From Gaiellaceae bacterium (GTDB taxonomy: Bacteria; Actinomycetota; Thermoleophilia; Gaiellales; Gaiellaceae): a DNA stretch of 64,000 nucleotides. Each line of letters begins with the position of its first letter. Positions within the stretch are counted from its first letter, which is position 1. Made by a program: the position numbers and the translations under genes. Below the pieces are notes generated by a model. That model made no database searches and had not been told where the DNA came from. It was given only the letters and a program-made list of their open reading frames with translations. The stretch covers positions 27,476 to 91,475 of the forward strand of contig DASRGD010000051.1 in the NCBI GenBank assembly GCA_035651195.1. The letters are read 5' to 3'. Shown here piece by piece: positions 59,555-64,000 of this stretch.

Positions 59555-60745
59555 TCATGCGATCCGCCAGAGCGGGTCGGCGTTGGCGAGCGTCAGCTGC
59601 TCGTAGCCGTCGCGGGTGACGAGGAACGTGTCTTCGATCGTCAGCACGCCCTCGTCGTTCGGCAGCGTCACCCACGGCTCGACGCAGATGACCATGTTCT
59701 CGCGGAGCGGGGTGTCGTTGCCCGGCGAGAGCATCGGCGGCTCGTGCAGGTCGAGCCCGATCCCGTGCCCGACCATGTCGATGTGCACCGGCAGGCCGGC
59801 GTCGTCGTAGACGCGCCGGACGGCGTCGTAGACGAGCTGCGCGGGCGTGCCGTCGCGAACCGTCGCGAGCGCCTGGCGCTGCGCCTCGAGCGCGTGCTCG
59901 TACACGGCCGCGTGCCGCTCGCTCGGCTCGCCGACCGCCATCGTGCGGGCCGTGTCGCCGGCGTAGCCCTCGAGGAAGATGCCGGCGTCGCAGACGAGCA
60001 GGTCGCCGACCTCGACCGTGCGGTCCTTCGGGAACGTGTCGGTCATGCTGTAACGCTCGCTCCCGGCGCGCATGTTGAGGAAGATGCGGTCCTGCTCGCT
60101 CGCGTCGGCCTGGAGCAGCTCGCGACGGAGGAAGCAGCCGAGCTCGAGCTCGCTCATCCCCGCGCGGGCGTGCTCGCGCAGGCGCACCTGGGCGCGGTTC
60201 GTCGCCTGTGCGGAGCGGCGGAGCCGCTCGACCTCCGCCGGCGACTTGAGCATGCGCGCGGCCCAGATCGCGTCGCCGCCGTCGACCCAGGTCGCGTCGA
60301 GTCGCGACCGCAGCCGCTCCCACTGGCGGAGCGGCATCCCGAGCAGCATCTCCTGGCCGGCCTCGTAGGCGATCGTCGCGTTTCCGCCCCAGCGGTCGCG
60401 GACGACGTCGGCGACGAGGTTCGGGAAGTCGTCCGGCTGCGAGTGGCTCTGCCGGTGGAGGACGAAGTCGTCGAGCCAGGTCGTCTTCTCGGCCGTCCCG
60501 AGCCAGAAGTCGGGCAGGACCATGATCGTCTCGCCGCCGCGCGCGTCGAGCAGGACGACCGCCGGGACGACGCCTTTCTGCACCCAGGCGCAGCTCGAGA
60601 GGCCGGTGAAGTAGACGACGTTCTCGCGCCCCGTCAGCAGCAGCACGTCGGCGTCGAGCACGCCGAGGGCGCGCTCGACGCGCGAGCGGATCTCGGCGCG
60701 CGAGAACGTCGGGAAGGTCGGCTCCGGCACGCGGCGCGCGCTCAT
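59555..60745 (-). CDS. M24-family metallopeptidase (Xaa-Pro dipeptidase/creatinase-like), paralog B
   Basis: 396 aa from MSARRVPEP (ATGA overlap with the upstream stop). It shares long identical peptide blocks with paralog A. Confidence 0.85.
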   Translation of the reverse strand: MSARRVPEPTFPTFSRAEIRSRVERALGVLDADVLLLTGRENVVYFTGLSSCAWVQKGVVPAVVLLDARGGETIMVLPDFWLGTAEKTTWLDDFVLHRQSHSQPDDFPNLVADVVRDRWGGNATIAYEAGQEMLLGMPLRQWERLRSRLDATWVDGGDAIWAARMLKSPAEVERLRRSAQATNRAQVRLREHARAGMSELELGCFLRRELLQADASEQDRIFLNMRAGSERYSMTDTFPKDRTVEVGDLLVCDAGIFLEGYAGDTARTMAVGEPSERHAAVYEHALEAQRQALATVRDGTPAQLVYDAVRRVYDDAGLPVHIDMVGHGIGLDLHEPPMLSPGNDTPLRENMVICVEPWVTLPNDEGVLTIEDTFLVTRDGYEQLTLANADPLWRIA

Positions 60746-61866
60746 ACGCGCACCGGCTCCGTCTGCCAGCCGCGCGCGTCGACGCGCCAGACGTCGACGA
60801 CGTCGCCGTCCTCGACCACGAGCAGCTCGTCGTGCAGGTTCGCGGCCGTGCAGGCGTGGTTCGGCACGACCCGGACGCGGTCGCCGACGCGGAGGTCGGA
60901 GGCGCCGTCGGCGACGACGATCGCCTGCTCCTCGTACAGGCGCTCCACGCGCAGCTCGGGACGGCCGCGGACGACGCCGAAGCCGGCCGTGCGCGGCGTC
61001 AGCCGCTCGGCCGCGAGCGCCTTCGAGCCGGCGTCGAGGATCACGCGTCCGGGCGCCGGCCGGGAGACGACGGTGGCGAGCACCGAGAGCGCGCACCGCT
61101 CGAGCGGGACGACCCCGAGCGCGACCTGCGTCGCGTCGTAGAAGACGTAGTTGCCCGGTCGAATCTCGGTGATCCCGTCCGCCGCCCCCAGCCGGTGTGA
61201 CGTCGGGGTCGTGCCGACGGTCAGCACGGGCACGTCGATCCCACGCTCGCGCAGGAGCTCGGCTGTCTCGATCACGGCCGCGCGCTCGTCGCGCGCGGCG
61301 GCGTCGAGAGCGGCGTCGTCGTCGGCGGCGTACGCGTGGCCGCCGAACGCGAGCAGGCCGTCGAACGAGGCGTACCGGGCCGCGCCGGCCGCGCGCGCGA
61401 CGGCGTCGGCGCTCGGCCGGCCGGGAGGCGTACCGAACCGACCGACCCCGCAGTCGACCTCCCAGAGGAAGCCGACGGCAACCCCGGCGAGGCGGCAGGC
61501 GTCGTCGAGGGCGGTGACGGCCTCGGTCGAGTCGACGCTCACGCGCACGCGAGCCTCCCGCGCGAGCTCGACGATCCGCTCGAGCCGCCAGGCGCCGATC
61601 GCCGGCGCGGTGAGCAGGACGTCGTCGAACCCGGCCCGCGCGAAGCACTCCGCCTCGTGCACGGTCGCCACCGTCAGGCCCTCGGCGCCGTGCTCGCGCT
61701 GGAGCGACGCGACCGCGAGCGACTTGTGCGTCTTCGCATGCGGCCGCAGCGCGACGCCGGCGGCGGCAGCACGCGCGGCCATCCCGGCGATGTTCTCGAC
61801 GAGGACGCTCCGGTCGAGGACGAGCGCCGGCGTCGGCACGCTCTCGAGCCGAGGCAGCCTCACCAC
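60742..61866 (-). CDS. D-threonine aldolase / DSD1-like PLP enzyme (alanine-racemase N-terminal fold)
   Basis: PLP-lysine motif RPHAKTHK and the C-terminal D-TA-like domain. The second GTG (61861-61863) forms a GTGA overlap with the regulator stop. Confidence 0.8.
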   Translation of the reverse strand: MVRLPRLESVPTPALVLDRSVLVENIAGMAARAAAAGVALRPHAKTHKSLAVASLQREHGAEGLTVATVHEAECFARAGFDDVLLTAPAIGAWRLERIVELAREARVRVSVDSTEAVTALDDACRLAGVAVGFLWEVDCGVGRFGTPPGRPSADAVARAAGAARYASFDGLLAFGGHAYAADDDAALDAAARDERAAVIETAELLRERGIDVPVLTVGTTPTSHRLGAADGITEIRPGNYVFYDATQVALGVVPLERCALSVLATVVSRPAPGRVILDAGSKALAAERLTPRTAGFGVVRGRPELRVERLYEEQAIVVADGASDLRVGDRVRVVPNHACTAANLHDELLVVEDGDVVDVWRVDARGWQTEPVRV

Positions 61867-62555
61867 GGCGGCGTCGCGGCCCCGATCACCATCGCGATGC
61901 CGACGCTCGAGAGGTTCCGGAACGCGTGCGGCCGCTCGGCGCGAAAGCGGACGGAGTCGCCCTGCGCGAGCTCGTGCCGCTCGTCGCCGACCAGCAGCTC
62001 CACCTCGCCCTGGAGGACGTACGCGAACTCCTCGCCCGCGTGCCCGATCCTGTCGCCCTCGTAGCCGCCGCCGGGCTCGAACGACAACAGGTACGGCTGC
62101 AGCGTGTGGCCGTCCGCCGAGCCGAGCAGCTGGTAGACGACGCCGCGGCCGCGGCGGACGCCGCGCACGCGCGAGGCGCAGTTGCGGATGATCTCCGTCC
62201 GGTCGGCGGCCGCGACCGCCGCCGGCTCGCCGAGCAGGTCGGCGATGTGCAGGCCGAAGTGCTGCGCGACGAGCTGCAGCCGGCGGAGCGACACGCCGCC
62301 CTGGTTGTTCTCGAGCGCGGAGAGCGAGGACGCCGCGATGCCGATCTCGCGAGCCTGCGCCCGCAGCGTCTTGCCGTTCTGCGTCCGCAGGCGGCGAAGG
62401 CGCTGGCCGAGGAGCGGCGGCCCGCCGCGGGCGTCGCTCCCCGTTCTCAACTGGTGAACAGATCTCGCCACTGTTCGCTTTCGCCGAACGAAGGTAGCAG
62501 CGGCCTCCGGGTCGTGCAACCGGAGGCCTCGAGCGTGCGGGTCGGCGCCGGTCAC
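61860..62555 (-). CDS. XRE-family HTH regulator with a C-terminal cupin sensor domain
   Basis: HTH block LGQRLRRLRTQNGKTLRAQAREIGIAASSLSALENNQ and cupin block GHAGEEFAYVLQGEVELLVGDERHELAQGDSVRF. The start is uncertain. Confidence 0.8.
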   Translation of the reverse strand: MTGADPHARGLRLHDPEAAATFVRRKRTVARSVHQLRTGSDARGGPPLLGQRLRRLRTQNGKTLRAQAREIGIAASSLSALENNQGGVSLRRLQLVAQHFGLHIADLLGEPAAVAAADRTEIIRNCASRVRGVRRGRGVVYQLLGSADGHTLQPYLLSFEPGGGYEGDRIGHAGEEFAYVLQGEVELLVGDERHELAQGDSVRFRAERPHAFRNLSSVGIAMVIGAATPPW

Positions 62556-62605
62556 CCCTGGAACGAGGGAGCTAGGTCGAGGGGTGGGAGGCCGATGGAC
62601 GGGAG

Positions 62606-63145
62606 GTGGCCGCCCGCCTCTCGAGGATCGGTTCGGCGATCGCCGTTTGCGCGGTCGCGGCCGCCCTGCTGCCGCTGCCGGCGTCGCCGTCCGGCACCGC
62701 CTCCTCGACGTCGACGCTCGCTGCGCTCCAGTCGGGCATCCTCGCCCAGCTGAACCAGATCCGCCGCGCGCACGGGCTCGCAGCCCTCCAGCTCGATCAG
62801 GCGCTCAGCACCGCGGCGGCCCAGCACACGGCCGAGATGCTCGCCGACGGCTACTTCGCGCACGAGTCGGCCGACGGCTCCGCCTTCTGGAAGCGCATCC
62901 AGCGCTTCTACCCCTCCGCGCGGTACAGCTACTGGTCGGTCGGCGAGAACCTGCTCTGGTCGCCGGGAGCGCTGGACGCCGCCGCCGCTGTGAAGCTGTG
63001 GATGGCGAGCCCCGAGCACCGGGCGAACATCCTCGTGCCCGACTGGCGGGACGTCGGGATCGCCGCGACCTACGATCCGGACGCCCCCGGCACGTTCGAC
63101 GGCTCGGCGACGGTCGTCGCCGCCGACTTCGGTGTTCGCTACTAG
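62606..63145 (+). CDS. Secreted CAP/SCP (YkwD-like) domain protein
   Basis: Signal peptide, then LNQIRRAHGL...LDQALSTAAAQHTAEM...GENL...WMASPEHRANIL, the typical CAP-domain order. Confidence 0.75.
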   Translation: MAARLSRIGSAIAVCAVAAALLPLPASPSGTASSTSTLAALQSGILAQLNQIRRAHGLAALQLDQALSTAAAQHTAEMLADGYFAHESADGSAFWKRIQRFYPSARYSYWSVGENLLWSPGALDAAAAVKLWMASPEHRANILVPDWRDVGIAATYDPDAPGTFDGSATVVAADFGVRY

Positions 63146-63267
63146 GGCGAAACGGTTCCGAAAACCTGACCCTTGGTCTAGTGGCGACGGCCATGGGCCT
63201 CGGCGAGCATTTTTCCCGCTGGTACAGCGTTTCGGACCCGCGGGTCCAGGAGACGAAGGGCGGGAGG

Positions 63268-64000
63268 ATGGGGCGGGTTCGAGCACATTCGATCGGGGCA
63301 GCGAAGAAGGCGGTTCTCGCTCTCGCTGCGCTGTCGCTGTCGGCGCTCGCCGTCATCACGCTTGCAGGCGAGAGCGCCGGCGCGTCGGCGACGGTCTCCG
63401 GCCCGAACTGCACGCCCTCGGGCGGAGGCAACGTCTGCGTGCTCAGCCCGTCGGCGACCGACGCCCTCTCCGTCACCGGCCAGTCGTCGCTGACGGCTGA
63501 CCGCGACATCGTCGTCGACTCGTCGGCGTCGGAGGCCGCGGTCTCGTCCGGCGGCTCGACCGTCAAGGCGGACGCGATCGGCGGCCCGGGCGGCTTCGTC
63601 GGCTCCTTCTCGCCCACGCCCGTGAGCGCGTCGGCGCAGCCGGATCCGTACGCCGGCTCGAGCGTCAGCCACGGCGCCTGCTCGGGCGGCAGCTCGCTGA
63701 CCGTCACCGGCGGCACCCAGGCCGCGACCGCTGGCACGTACTCCTCGCTCGGAGCGGGGAACGGCGGCAAGCTCTCGCTCGACCCCGGCGTCTACACCAT
63801 CACCGGCTCGTTCAGCAACGCGGGCGACGGCCAGATCACCGGCGCGGGCGTCACGCTCTACTTCTGCCCCGGCGCGAGCTTCAGCCTCAGCGGCACGAGC
63901 TCGACCAGCCTGAGCGCCCCCGGCGGCAACAACGACTTCGTCGTCTTCTTCGACGGCACGGGCTCGTTCTCGACCGGTGGCGTCGACACCAACCTCGTCG
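63268..64000 (+). CDS. Secreted Gly/Ser/Thr-rich hypothetical protein, 5' part (continues past window end)
   Basis: Hand translation from ATG 63268 gives MGRVRAHSIGAAKKAVLALAAALSLSALAVITLAGESAGA..., a signal peptide followed by a G/S/T-rich region (GVTLYFCPGASFSLSGTSSTSLSAPGG). A TadG-like resemblance is only a weak impression. Confidence 0.45.
   Translation, partial: MGRVRAHSIGAAKKAVLALAALSLSALAVITLAGESAGASATVSGPNCTPSGGGNVCVLSPSATDALSVTGQSSLTADRDIVVDSSASEAAVSSGGSTVKADAIGGPGGFVGSFSPTPVSASAQPDPYAGSSVSHGACSGGSSLTVTGGTQAATAGTYSSLGAGNGGKLSLDPGVYTITGSFSNAGDGQITGAGVTLYFCPGASFSLSGTSSTSLSAPGGNNDFVVFFDGTGSFSTGGVDTNLV

Noticed and set aside
55267-60745. Ectoine uptake/degradation cluster (Ehu transporter + DoeA/EutD-like M24 hydrolase)
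   Set aside because: The architecture is superficially similar: a family-3 SBP, two permeases, an ATPase and M24 enzymes. The other pathway genes (DoeB/EutE deacetylase, DoeC/DoeD, EutB/EutC types) are absent, and M24 family membership alone is not diagnostic.
63234-63247. Perfect 14-bp palindrome GGACCCGCGGGTCC about 20 nt upstream of the last ORF as an operator
   Set aside because: It is a single short GC-only palindrome with no second copy noticed. It is too likely to arise by chance in this composition to call.

Overview
Very GC-rich window (by eye about 70% GC, not computed). It is gene-dense, uses many GTG starts, and has many 4-nt or 1-nt start/stop overlaps. It is probably an Actinomycetota chromosome; a Thermoleophilia/Conexibacter-like source is only a guess. 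I saw no rRNA, tRNA, CRISPR array, transposase or integrase. All family names come from reading the translated ORFs and from memory of family motifs; no search was run. Start codons were chosen by hand and are less certain than stops.

Layout:
- (A) 1-13.2 kb: one long minus-strand catabolic gene string. It holds BtpA/SgcQ-like, LLM oxidoreductase, SDR, a family-5 SBP with DppBCDF-type ABC importer, amidohydrolase, eIF-2B-family sugar-phosphate isomerase, Rpe-like epimerase, M29 aminopeptidase and a second LLM. A divergent DeoR regulator sits upstream.
- (B) 13.2-17.4 kb: cupin, LysR, a protein with a histone-H1-like (T/A)AK(R/K) repeat tail, and two convergent SAM methyltransferases.
- (C) 17.5-52.4 kb: a ~35-kb cell-surface glycopolymer locus. 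Standard parts are a Wzx-type flippase, two Wzy/O-antigen-ligase-family proteins, a Wzc-like BY-kinase with LMW-PTP, a priming sugar transferase, 2 GT2 and 4 GT4 glycosyltransferases, a WbpB/E/D-like amino-sugar trio, AsnB-type amidotransferase, and CE4/FemAB-like tailoring genes. Unusual parts are listed below.
- (D) 53.1-62.6 kb: an amino-acid/peptide catabolic cluster. It has an XRE-cupin regulator, a D-threonine-aldolase-like PLP enzyme, two paralogous M24 peptidases flanking a polar-amino-acid ABC importer, an LLM oxidoreductase and DUF993.
- (E) 62.6-64 kb: a secreted CAP-domain protein and a partial secreted protein.

Unusual parts of block C:
- A translationally coupled PqqD-like / HPr-kinase-like / GT2 / GT2 operon with a divergent PF14907-like nucleotidyltransferase. 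This is the best candidate for an undescribed system.
- A second PF14907-like domain fused to the flippase.
- Three paralogous GHL15/GH114-like secreted proteins.
- A dedicated sortase plus a single Pro/Thr-rich LPFTG substrate.
- Genes that appear to lack canonical start codons.
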